A stretch of DNA of 64,000 nt from a virus: positions 17,624 through 81,623 of the IMG/VR virus record IMGVR_UViG_3300042894_007649; one strand, given 5' to 3'. Position 1 is the stretch's first letter; every line of letters starts with the position of its first letter. The position numbers and the translations under genes were made by a program. The notes below the pieces were generated by a model that saw nothing but the letters and a program-made list of their open reading frames with translations, was not told the origin of the DNA and did no database searches. Of this stretch, positions 18,446 through 27,073 are shown piece by piece.

Positions 18446-18477
18446 AAACTTATTTAGAAACAAGTTTATGAATATTT
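18436..18477 (-). promoter_or_regulatory. 16-bp hairpin sequestering the start codon, with the late promoter in the loop
   Basis: Minus strand AAATATTCATAAACTT-gtttctaaat-AAGTTTATGAATATTT. Confidence 0.65.
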
Positions 18478-18497
18478 TTATTTTTGGTTATGATTTA

Positions 18498-18824
18498 TTA
18501 ACCAATGTGGAATTTTCGGTTAGCATATTCTTGTGCTTTTTCGATTTCGCCTTCACTCATAAATCGATTGAATTTCTTGCGTTGAAGAAGTTCAACAACT
18601 GCTTCGATTTCGGCAAGTGAGGCTGGTTTTGGGAAATAGATTTGATCTTCATCATTTTTCTTAGCAATGAAACAGATGACTTGATCGACATCTGCGTCAA
18701 TGATTTTAACTGTTTCCTCACCTAGACCAAAGCATTGATCAACTGCTTTGGTTTCGACGATTCTCTTTGGCTTGGGTGTCTTTGTGGCCTTGTTCATGGC
18801 TACCATTCCTTGTGTTGAGTGCAA
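18498..18824 (-). CDS. hypothetical protein
   Basis: 108-aa ORF downstream of a sigma70-like promoter; start uncertain. Confidence 0.65.
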   Translation of the reverse strand: MHSTQGMVAMNKATKTPKPKRIVETKAVDQCFGLGEETVKIIDADVDQVICFIAKKNDEDQIYFPKPASLAEIEAVVELLQRKKFNRFMSEGEIEKAQEYANRKFHIG

Positions 18825-18840
18825 GTTTCTTCACAAATTC

Positions 18841-18869
18841 TTTATACTCGAAAAAGAATGTTTTGTAAA
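18841..18869 (-). promoter_or_regulatory. sigma70-like early promoter
   Basis: TTTACA-17 nt-TATAAA; shares CTTTACAA with the metK promoter. Confidence 0.55.
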
Positions 18870-18876
18870 GCCAATT

Positions 18877-19479
18877 TCAACTGAAACTATATGTTACACC
18901 CACATGAACTTTTAGTTCGGGGATTCCTATGTGAGTGCAGATTTTATGTTTTTTAGCTTCTTTTGCAGTAAGGAACCAATCGGCGTGACCTTTTTCGTGG
19001 ATGATTTTGTTGAAATAATCATCTTTTTGGCAGCAATTTTGAGCGAAGATAGTAAAAATTAGCTTGTTGAGTCTTTCTAATTCTTTTGAAGTACTTTTGA
19101 TTTCTTCTGTTTTGCCTGCTGTCCAAGTTGCCGCATCGTGGAGCATAAGTGTTGCGTTTTCGGCCATATATCTTGTTTGTCCCATTCCGAACAAGATAGC
19201 TCCTGCGCTCATTGCCTTTCCTGTTATAATTGTGTGGACTGGAAGTTCTGATTTTTTTAGATGGCTTATCATATCAAGACATCCGTATACGCTACCTCCA
19301 TAGCTATCGATTAGAACTGGTATGAGTGGTTGTCCTGTGTGGTGTGCCTTTTCCATTTCTTCACGAAAGTTTTTGACACCTTCGTCATTAAAATTATTTA
19401 CTACGACAATTACGGGTTGATCAAGTAGTTCGCTATGTTTGGCCCTGATAATTGGATCGACTGTTAATTTTTTATACAT
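18877..19479 (-). CDS. clpP: ClpP-family serine protease
   Basis: IDSYGGSV, GKAMSAGAIL (Ser), MLHD (His), DWFLTAKEA (Asp). Confidence 0.9.
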   Translation of the reverse strand: MYKKLTVDPIIRAKHSELLDQPVIVVVNNFNDEGVKNFREEMEKAHHTGQPLIPVLIDSYGGSVYGCLDMISHLKKSELPVHTIITGKAMSAGAILFGMGQTRYMAENATLMLHDAATWTAGKTEEIKSTSKELERLNKLIFTIFAQNCCQKDDYFNKIIHEKGHADWFLTAKEAKKHKICTHIGIPELKVHVGVTYSFS

Positions 19480-19733
19480 TGTTTTTCCTGATATTTGATG
19501 AATTCTTGTCGAGCGTAATGGAGCAAATCGATTGCGATCATTTTTCGCTCAAAGAAACATTGTTCGTCAATATCATAGGAAATATTTTTTATTTTGTTTA
19601 ATACTTTCAAAAATTCTTTATAATTACTTACTGTAAAGTTATCACCTTCATAGTTTATGTGAATGATGCCGTTTTCATGATAAATTTTTGGCATGATTGA
19701 TATTCCTGTGCTGATGATTTTAGATAGCAACAT
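19464..19733 (-). CDS. hypothetical protein
   Basis: Short ORF overlapping the clpP start; start uncertain. Confidence 0.5.
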   Translation of the reverse strand: MLLSKIISTGISIMPKIYHENGIIHINYEGDNFTVSNYKEFLKVLNKIKNISYDIDEQCFFERKMIAIDLLHYARQEFIKYQEKQCIKN

Positions 19734-19755
19734 ATTATGTTTTTTTTGAGGAAAA

Positions 19756-20142
19756 ATGGAAAAAAATCACAAGCACATGATTCTTAATGCAACAGTTAGG
19801 AATCCTATCGTTTCTGAGGAATCTTGCAAAAATTGGTTAAAGAAACTTGTCGAAATTGTTGACATGAAAATTCTTATAGAACCTGTGGCAAAATACTGCG
19901 ATACATGTGGAAATGAAGGAGTTACAGGAACTGTCGTTATTGAAACGAGTCATAGCAGCATTCATGTTTGGCACAAAGAGGAAGAGCCTTACATAAAAAT
20001 GGATGTTTATTCTTGTAAAGATTTTTGTCCTGATGTAGTTGTCGATTTCGTCAAGGAAACGATGGACATTGTTCATGGTGGATACATGATTATTGATCGC
20101 AATGGATCTTTGCCAGAATTAATTCAAACTGGTATTATTTAA
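19756..20142 (+). CDS. speD: pyruvoyl-dependent S-adenosylmethionine decarboxylase family protein
   Basis: HMILN, EGVTGTVVIETSHSSIHVW, MDVYSCKDF. Confidence 0.85.
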   Translation: MEKNHKHMILNATVRNPIVSEESCKNWLKKLVEIVDMKILIEPVAKYCDTCGNEGVTGTVVIETSHSSIHVWHKEEEPYIKMDVYSCKDFCPDVVVDFVKETMDIVHGGYMIIDRNGSLPELIQTGII

Positions 20143-21004
20143 TTTTTCCTCGTTGATCCAATATACTTTTTGCTAAAATAGCCATATAGTGTGCGTTTGG
20201 CGTATTCATACATTCGGAAATTATTTTTATTGGGTCGCCAAATGAAAAATGTTCTGGTGATGGGTAGGAAAACATAGACTTATTGAAATGAGGTGGTACG
20301 CCATGTTCGTAATCTATGAACATGGTTTTCTTCCCATCATTCATAATTGAGCAAAGATTATCGACATTTAAAATTTGAATATCTTTTTGATAATCAATCA
20401 TTGCTATGATCCAAGACAATCTGATTGTTTCTTTCCAAATTTCTTTATTTTTGATAATTTGTCCCAACATAATTTCTTCTGCGATTAAAATAATTTTCCA
20501 AAGAATGGCTGGATGAAATGCATTTATGACAAAAACATTACCGAGGTTTATCCATTTTTCTTGGTAATATTCTTTGGTGTTTTTCATTTTTTCCCAAAAT
20601 CCATTACAGTTTTCTTCGGCAAAATCAAATGTAAAAAATGGATCTTGAGCATATAGAAAAACACGCTCTTGTTTTATTTTTTTTATTTCATCAATTGGAT
20701 TTTGTAATACAACATGTGATTTCATTATTACAACTGGCGCATCGATAAGTTTCTTTTCTACAACAAAATAAATTTGATACAACTCATTGAGGCCAGAAAA
20801 TCCTTTTTTCTTGCCAAAATCTTCAAAAGCAAATATTTTTTTATGATTTTTAAGATTAATTATTTGATCATATCTGTATCTTTTGTCTGAATTATAACAA
20901 ATTGCAAGATCTTTTTCTATTCTATTTTTTTTGAAACTTTCAATTAAAAGTTCCATTTGCCAATCATGATAGGCGCATTGGTTAACACTTACGAAGTAAT
21001 TCAT
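20135..21004 (-). CDS. HPAT/SGT-like (GT95/GT96-like) glycosyltransferase-fold protein, apparently degenerate
   Basis: VSVNQCAYHDWQMELLIESF resembles the S-x-x-C-x-x-Y-x-D-W-Q motif; no DxD at the expected position. Confidence 0.4.
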   Translation of the reverse strand: MNYFVSVNQCAYHDWQMELLIESFKKNRIEKDLAICYNSDKRYRYDQIINLKNHKKIFAFEDFGKKKGFSGLNELYQIYFVVEKKLIDAPVVIMKSHVVLQNPIDEIKKIKQERVFLYAQDPFFTFDFAEENCNGFWEKMKNTKEYYQEKWINLGNVFVINAFHPAILWKIILIAEEIMLGQIIKNKEIWKETIRLSWIIAMIDYQKDIQILNVDNLCSIMNDGKKTMFIDYEHGVPPHFNKSMFSYPSPEHFSFGDPIKIISECMNTPNAHYMAILAKSILDQRGKIK

Positions 21005-21019
21005 AATATAAAATAGTAA

Positions 21020-21364
21020 TTATTTACAGTCTTTTGTAAAAAGATAAAACTGTTCATATGTTCTATAAACTTCGCTATATGCTACTCCCCAAGAAGCATC
21101 ATGCGATCTTAGTTCAAATTCTTTATCATTTAAAGAATCATGAAGGTGGTTCCATGCTCGTGCGTGTGCCCATTCGTGAAGAAGAGTGTCAATTGCTGAT
21201 CCTTCACTCATTTGATTATTGATTCTTATATAGAATTTTTTATTTTCCAACATGCAGTCGCCGTCTAGTCCTTTCATTTTCACTCGACGAACTGTAACTG
21301 GATAAGCGGGAGGTAATTTTTCCCTTAGCATGGAAACAATTTTTCTATAGACTTCATATCCCAT
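21020..21364 (-). CDS. small SprT/IrrE-like zinc metallopeptidase
   Basis: TLLHEWAHA plus SHDASWG. Confidence 0.7.
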   Translation of the reverse strand: MGYEVYRKIVSMLREKLPPAYPVTVRRVKMKGLDGDCMLENKKFYIRINNQMSEGSAIDTLLHEWAHARAWNHLHDSLNDKEFELRSHDASWGVAYSEVYRTYEQFYLFTKDCK

Positions 21365-21379
21365 TTGCCTCCAATAGGA

Positions 21380-21931
21380 TCAGAACTCGTGCATGTTACC
21401 TGTTACTGCATCATGTATAATTATTCTTTCGATGGTTGATTTTTTTTGTTTTAATTCTTTTGCTAGTTCAGAAAATTCTTTTATATGTTCTGGTCGATCT
21501 TCCCATATTTTTAAAACATTATATTTTGGACTCATTAGTTTAATTAAATTATTTTTTTTAATTTCAAATATTGTTGATCCAACAGAACCATGTTGTCCAG
21601 AAAAAAAATAATGATCAAAAATCATGTCATTGTATTTTAATATTTGAATTATTCTATTTTTAAAAAAATATGGTCTACCAGTCATTAGGACTACGGTGGA
21701 ATTTTCATCTGCTGAATCTAATTTTTGATGATTAACAACATTGTTGACATACCAATTTTGATCTGGTTTTTCTGGAACAACAGGAGGGGACAACGATTCT
21801 TTTCGTCCCCACCAGCCTTTAAAGGGCCATTTTTTTCCAGTTGATTTTTCATAGAGTTGCTCGCCTAATTCTTTATTAGGCGAGTGAAATAAAGTACCAT
21901 CAAAATCATAAATCATTAGACTTTTTGGCAT
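21380..21931 (-). CDS. HAD phosphatase, Swiss-Army-Knife RNA-repair type
   Basis: IYDFDGTLFHSP, GWW, LMTGR, IWEDRPEH. Confidence 0.75.
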   Translation of the reverse strand: MPKSLMIYDFDGTLFHSPNKELGEQLYEKSTGKKWPFKGWWGRKESLSPPVVPEKPDQNWYVNNVVNHQKLDSADENSTVVLMTGRPYFFKNRIIQILKYNDMIFDHYFFSGQHGSVGSTIFEIKKNNLIKLMSPKYNVLKIWEDRPEHIKEFSELAKELKQKKSTIERIIIHDAVTGNMHEF

Positions 21932-21965
21932 TTCCGATTCTTTCTGTTAATGTGTGAATCGAATT

Positions 21966-23435
21966 TTAACATTTATTATTTTTAATTGTATCTTGCCAAC
22001 GATTCGTTAGCAAGAGTTTATTGATAGAATCAAATTCATTTCCAACTGGTTCTCTTCCTAAAGCATGAATATAAATTGGATTAATTTTTTGAACACCAAA
22101 GGCATCAATGTTATGACTATTGAGGTCATCACCGTTGAAATTCATGAAATTATCAACTTCATGGCTATAGTTGTTGGTAACGTGCATCCACTCTTTAATT
22201 TTAGATTTTGTTAAACCAGTGTGGCTTTTTATCATATTGTAAAATTCTGATGAATCGAATTTGTTTTTACCCCACTGATAAAATTTAACCAGATAAGAAA
22301 TATCATTTGCTTCTTGTTTGTTCCATCCGCCAGCAATTAGAAGATCTTTTACATCGTTTGGGTTATTTTTTCTTAGTACCCAAGCACAAGCCATCCAACG
22401 GTCAGACCTTAGATCGGCAGGTATTTCGCTGGGATCAAATTCAATGTTTGGGAACATAAGTCCCATAAGCCCTGTTGAATGATATGTGTTTAAAAATTTC
22501 TTGGCATCAACATCAGGATTTTCTAAGCCTTTAACAAATTCATCTTTCATTTGTTTTGGATCAATGCTGGAAAAAATTTCATTTGAATCAATTTTCTTGT
22601 TGTATTTTTCGGGGAATTTGCCTTTGCCGTAACGATTGAAATGATTGACCATTCTGAAAATGGTGAGTGGATCTTCTTCCATTCTTTCACCAAATTTTTC
22701 CCCAACAACCTTTAGTTCTCCTGATTTAAGGTGATGAGCGCCGCCAAATGGATCGACTAGATCGCTATTTTCTCCATCAGCTTTGGTCAATGGAATATAC
22801 ATGGCATTGATTGTTAAGTCACGATTGGAGGCATCTTCTTCAATGCTGGATGCCATTTTAGCATCTTCTGGATTAAAGTTTTTACTTTTTGGTGATTTAG
22901 ATAAAGTTGAAATACGAAAAGGTTGACTTTTGACAACAGCCAGTATTTCCATTTCTTTGCCACGCTTGTCCCAGCGGCTTGCATAGAAAATTTTTCCACT
23001 CTCTACTGTATTGGGCAACTTATCATTTTTTGGTTTATCGCCTTGTGATTTTACTTCTTTAAAGCCAGCGTTTTTAAGAATCATGCGTATTTCACTGGGA
23101 GTTGCATCTGTGACAAGATCATAATTTTTTGGTGTTTTGCCAACAAGGTGATCTCTGACAGCACCACCAGTTAAATATAATGATTTCTTTTTTAGTTGTG
23201 GCTCAACTTCTCCCTTGTTTTTTTCAATTGTGGTGTAGCCTAAACCAACTTTATCTGAATTAACAAATGCTTTGACAATTTTAGCTAAATTAGCATGATT
23301 AGACTTATCGATAACAAATGGTAAAAACTCATTATTTCCTTGTTTTTTTTGAAGCTTAACGTGTGAAGTTACTGTGTTAGAAGAATTTTCTTCACTTTCT
23401 TCACGAATTCTAAAATATCTGGAGAATAGGCTCAT
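21966..23435 (-). CDS. class II tRNA nucleotidyltransferase (CCA/poly(A) polymerase)-like protein with altered catalytic motifs
   Basis: LYLTGGAVRDHLVG, NYDLVTDATP, EDASNRDLTINAM, DPFGG, EDPLTIFR; leader-like MSLFSRYFRIREE. Confidence 0.85.
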   Translation of the reverse strand: MSLFSRYFRIREESEENSSNTVTSHVKLQKKQGNNEFLPFVIDKSNHANLAKIVKAFVNSDKVGLGYTTIEKNKGEVEPQLKKKSLYLTGGAVRDHLVGKTPKNYDLVTDATPSEIRMILKNAGFKEVKSQGDKPKNDKLPNTVESGKIFYASRWDKRGKEMEILAVVKSQPFRISTLSKSPKSKNFNPEDAKMASSIEEDASNRDLTINAMYIPLTKADGENSDLVDPFGGAHHLKSGELKVVGEKFGERMEEDPLTIFRMVNHFNRYGKGKFPEKYNKKIDSNEIFSSIDPKQMKDEFVKGLENPDVDAKKFLNTYHSTGLMGLMFPNIEFDPSEIPADLRSDRWMACAWVLRKNNPNDVKDLLIAGGWNKQEANDISYLVKFYQWGKNKFDSSEFYNMIKSHTGLTKSKIKEWMHVTNNYSHEVDNFMNFNGDDLNSHNIDAFGVQKINPIYIHALGREPVGNEFDSINKLLLTNRWQDTIKNNKC

Positions 23436-23490
23436 ATTTATTTCCTAGCATAAGATTATACTTTATTTATCAATAGATCAGCTTTTTTAG

Positions 23491-23787
23491 TTAACTTGGT
23501 GGAGATTGTAATTTTAAAAAATACAAAATAGTTGCACCTATAACCATTAATGCTAATTTCCACGCACTATCAAAAACTTTTTCCCAAAACCCATTCATAT
23601 TATCAATTTTTAACTTATATGATTCAAGAGACAACTTCAAATCTATCAATTCTTTTTTTAAGGCTTTGATTTCTTCAGAAATAGAATCATTGTTTCCAAT
23701 TAAGTTGTTGATACGTTCATCATGCCTTGAAGATGTCTCAACAAGTGAGTCGATACTTTCTTGTGTTTGATTTTTAGGCGGTGACAT
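23491..23787 (-). CDS. coiled-coil protein with C-terminal TM helix (holin/XhlA-like architecture)
   Basis: Heptad region followed by WKLALMVIGATILYFL. Confidence 0.5.
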   Translation of the reverse strand: MSPPKNQTQESIDSLVETSSRHDERINNLIGNNDSISEEIKALKKELIDLKLSLESYKLKIDNMNGFWEKVFDSAWKLALMVIGATILYFLKLQSPPS

Positions 23788-23828
23788 AATTTTCCGTTTC
23801 TAGTTCTTTAAACCTATATATTCTAGCC

Positions 23829-24350
23829 ATGAATAACTCAGAAAATATAAAAGAAAAGCCAGAAGTGGTGATTGCAGAAGAAGTAGCGAATGATATTTCG
23901 CAAAACGACGAAGACACCATTGAATCAATGATTCCTTCTATGAATTTAAGTGTTCCTGAAAATGGAGTACCCAAGGAAAACCATTTGATTTCTGATGAAA
24001 AATATTTGGAAGTAATTGATGAAATCATGACCAATATGCGAGAAGATCGAAAAGAAGTCACGAATTTCATCGATACTTTTTCTAATATGGTTATAAATGA
24101 TGGCGATGCAACAACTTCAACCAAAGAAGCCTTGGTTAATTTAATTAAAACAAAAGTTGACTTGCAAGATAAAATGCTCAAGGCAGCAGACTTAATGACA
24201 AGACTAAAACTTAAAAACACTTATGCTTATTCTGGCCCACATTTAAATGCTCTACAGCAAAATAACATAAATATTGGGACAGACAATACAAATTTTAATC
24301 GCAAAGAAATAATTAGAGCAATCAACCACGCTAAGAAGAAAAAGGAATAA
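23829..24350 (+). CDS. hypothetical protein, possible T4 gp16-like terminase small subunit
   Basis: Helical hairpin EALVNLIKTKVDLQDKML followed by QQNNINIG, a pattern seen in T4-type TerS. Confidence 0.4.
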   Translation: MNNSENIKEKPEVVIAEEVANDISQNDEDTIESMIPSMNLSVPENGVPKENHLISDEKYLEVIDEIMTNMREDRKEVTNFIDTFSNMVINDGDATTSTKEALVNLIKTKVDLQDKMLKAADLMTRLKLKNTYAYSGPHLNALQQNNINIGTDNTNFNRKEIIRAINHAKKKKE

Positions 24351-24352
24351 AA

Positions 24353-25675
24353 ATGTCAAGACACGCAATCAATTCATGGCTGGCTGAAGCTTCTGGAGAT
24401 GTTGCTTCTGGTCAATCCCCAATGGGGCAACCAGATTCTCCTCCTAGTGCTGGTGGGCCACCTGCTGGCGATCCAAATGCTGCCAACCCATCAACTGAAA
24501 TGACGCCTCCTGTTGCAGGCCAACAACAAAATAGTCCAGATGCTGCCAATAAATCACAAGAAATGCCAGATGTGAGTAATGATCCAGCCGCTCCTGACAT
24601 GCCTGAAAATAAACAAAATCAAGATTTTGAAACTTGGAAAAATGAATTTTTCAAAGAAAGCGTTCGTGGCGATGTAGGTAAACTAATTGAAATGATTCAA
24701 AATATTCGTGACGCAAAACTAGAGCCATATCCACGAAAATTTGTAGAAGACAATCTTCAAATATGTTTTTTACGTCAAAATGCAAATATAGATAAGGCTT
24801 GTAAAAATATTCGCAACAATATAAAGCAAAACCTTGATCAGAACAATCCTTCCGTTAGTGTTGTCAATCATATTAACACAGCATTGCAAACTACACCTGA
24901 TATGAATAATATTTTCATAAAACTTAAAGGATTGCTTGGCATGAAAGGTGATCTACATAGAAAATATTTATGCAGCCTTTTAGGAGCCGTTCAAGTTGGA
25001 AGCGGTGGCAACAATGAAGATTTAATTTATAACGAAAGAGATTATTCTATTCGTATTTCCACTAGATTTAACGATAAGTGGGGTAAGGTTGATATTGGTA
25101 AATGGAGCTTGCGTGAAGATGATCCAGAAAGATATTTGACTGAGCCTGAACAAAAAAGAATGGACGATGGAAGCCCAGAAGAAAAGGATGTTTTGCGTCG
25201 TCGTGTTGTAATGGAAGCAATAGCAGAAACATTCAAAAAACGCTCGTTTATCATCAATGTCGTTGGCACAGATGGAACCATTCACACACTTGGCTGGGAC
25301 ATGGCGGTTAGTCTGAGAAACGCTTACGCAAACGGCAAATTAATTGTAAAAACAATTCTAGGCGATAACAGCGAAGCCATGATTGATGAAGAAGGAACAA
25401 TCATTCCTTATGTTGACATAAAAATAAAATATGTCAAAGACGCAGAAGGAGGAGTCGATGATGACGGAAGACCAGCCAAAGAAGAACATGAGTTTATGGA
25501 AAGAATTGATGGAATTCTTTTTTTAACAGCACAATTCCCAATTTTAAAAGAAGCCTCTACTTCATTTGGAGGAATTGTTTTAAAAGAAATTCCATATACA
25601 GGAAACCCAAGTGATTTGAATGTTTTAATGAGATGCGTTCCATCAGCACCAGAAATTTTACTTCGCAATTGTTAA
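24353..25675 (+). CDS. hypothetical protein with Pro-rich N-terminus and leader-like INSWLAE
   Basis: 440-aa ORF translationally adjacent to the upstream gene. Confidence 0.75.
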   Translation: MSRHAINSWLAEASGDVASGQSPMGQPDSPPSAGGPPAGDPNAANPSTEMTPPVAGQQQNSPDAANKSQEMPDVSNDPAAPDMPENKQNQDFETWKNEFFKESVRGDVGKLIEMIQNIRDAKLEPYPRKFVEDNLQICFLRQNANIDKACKNIRNNIKQNLDQNNPSVSVVNHINTALQTTPDMNNIFIKLKGLLGMKGDLHRKYLCSLLGAVQVGSGGNNEDLIYNERDYSIRISTRFNDKWGKVDIGKWSLREDDPERYLTEPEQKRMDDGSPEEKDVLRRRVVMEAIAETFKKRSFIINVVGTDGTIHTLGWDMAVSLRNAYANGKLIVKTILGDNSEAMIDEEGTIIPYVDIKIKYVKDAEGGVDDDGRPAKEEHEFMERIDGILFLTAQFPILKEASTSFGGIVLKEIPYTGNPSDLNVLMRCVPSAPEILLRNC

Positions 25676-25752
25676 CATATTTGACTTAAAGATCGTAAAT
25701 AGTAATTGATTAGTTTTACAGAAATATAAACCAAAAAGCAATTAGGGGAAAA

Positions 25753-26229
25753 ATGAAAGTTTTTCTTGAATTTATTGATAGAAAACAGCGGGAAGCAAAA
25801 AGACAATTGAAAATTGTCGAAAAATCTCTTCGCAAAGGTAAATTGCACGTTTATTCACACATAGAAGACGATGATCCACATCTTTTTGTCAAAGCGAATA
25901 ATAAAAAGTTAAGTTTTGAAGGTATAAGAATTTATCATATTGGCGATGGGATTGCATATAGAGTGCAAAAACTTGAAAAAACAGAGCCTTATGGTAAATC
26001 ATATGCGCTCAATGTCGAAGAAATGTACAATGACTTCATGAGCGAAAACATGGATGAAAAAGAAGCCGCCGAAAAAGTTATGGAGGCAATGGTAAATGAA
26101 ATAAAGAAATTTTTCCACCATAGCGCACAAGCAGAAGATAAATTGAGAACTGGACAGAAAGATGGAGTAGGAATGATTGTAAAAACAGGCGGATCTGATT
26201 ACAGCAGCACTGTTTTAAATAGAATCTAA
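25753..26229 (+). CDS. hypothetical protein (MKVFLEF leader-like start)
   Basis: 158-aa ORF, AGGGG SD, TAAATA upstream. Confidence 0.7.
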   Translation: MKVFLEFIDRKQREAKRQLKIVEKSLRKGKLHVYSHIEDDDPHLFVKANNKKLSFEGIRIYHIGDGIAYRVQKLEKTEPYGKSYALNVEEMYNDFMSENMDEKEAAEKVMEAMVNEIKKFFHHSAQAEDKLRTGQKDGVGMIVKTGGSDYSSTVLNRI

Positions 26230-26237
26230 GGAGCAAT

Positions 26238-26429
26238 GTGGAAGACAAAGTAAAATATCAAAATGAAACTGATGACACAATAGCTTTAATTATGGCTATT
26301 TTTCTTCCGCCACTTGGCGTTGTAATTAAAAGAGGAATAGATATTCAACTTGTTATAAACATTGTTTTGACTATGTTTGGATGGTTCCCGGGAATAATTC
26401 ATGCTCTTTATGTTATTTTAAAAAAATAA
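26238..26429 (+). CDS. YqaE/Pmp3-family small membrane protein
   Basis: AIFLPPLGV...INIVLTMFGWFPGIIHALYVI. Confidence 0.9.
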   Translation: MEDKVKYQNETDDTIALIMAIFLPPLGVVIKRGIDIQLVINIVLTMFGWFPGIIHALYVILKK

Positions 26430-26445
26430 TTTGCCCAATTTCACT

Positions 26446-26477
26446 AAAAGCCCTGCATTAATGCAGGGCTTTTTTTA
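26446..26477 (+). terminator. intrinsic terminator (28-bp perfect palindrome plus U-tract)
   Basis: AAAAGCCCTGCATTAATGCAGGGCTTTTTTT. Confidence 0.9.
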
Positions 26478-26503
26478 TTTAAACATTTTAAATACATAAA
26501 ATT

Positions 26504-26989
26504 ATGGCAGTACCTTTTATTGACGCAATGTTGCCGGGAGATAAGGCATCACCAAATAAACCAATAGGTCGTGGAAGTCTTATTACATTTAATTATATTT
26601 TCCACAAATCTGGACACGATCCCTATCCAGTAGTATTGGTAACAGATATTTGGCCTAACTATATTCGTGGTATAAACTTAAATTATTTAACATTCCCAAC
26701 TATCAAAAAAATGGTATTTCCAGCACCAAATCAAACAGTTTGCGATAACCCATCATTCACATATCAATATATAAAAGGTAGTGAATATATAGTTTCAGCA
26801 TTCCGTCAGTATAAGCGCAATGGAATTCAGCGATTAAAAAAACTAGACTGCGCTTTTATAGTAAAAGCTCTTGGACTTTCTCGGTCTTTTGATCCAAATG
26901 AGATAGAAGCAATTCGTAGATCAGTTCGAGAGCAAATTCGCCAGCTAGCTAATGTAAGAGCAGCACCCACTGGTGAAATGACGGTATAA
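26504..26989 (+). CDS. T4 gp2-like DNA end protector protein (putative)
   Basis: F.Y...HDPYPVVLV...GINLNYL...FRQY pattern; TAAATA upstream. Confidence 0.5.
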   Translation: MAVPFIDAMLPGDKASPNKPIGRGSLITFNYIFHKSGHDPYPVVLVTDIWPNYIRGINLNYLTFPTIKKMVFPAPNQTVCDNPSFTYQYIKGSEYIVSAFRQYKRNGIQRLKKLDCAFIVKALGLSRSFDPNEIEAIRRSVREQIRQLANVRAAPTGEMTV

Positions 26990-27039
26990 ATAAATTATCT
27001 TTTTATTCGATAAGTGTTTTATCGAATACTAAATACTCA

Positions 27040-27047
27040 TATAAATA
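27040..27047 (+). promoter_or_regulatory. T4-type late promoter TATAAATA for the tail operon
   Basis: Exact consensus; second CTAAATA at 27029 and a 10-bp hairpin at 27004-27028. Confidence 0.65.
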
Positions 27048-27073
27048 AAGACAATTATTTAATTTAGGCGTTC

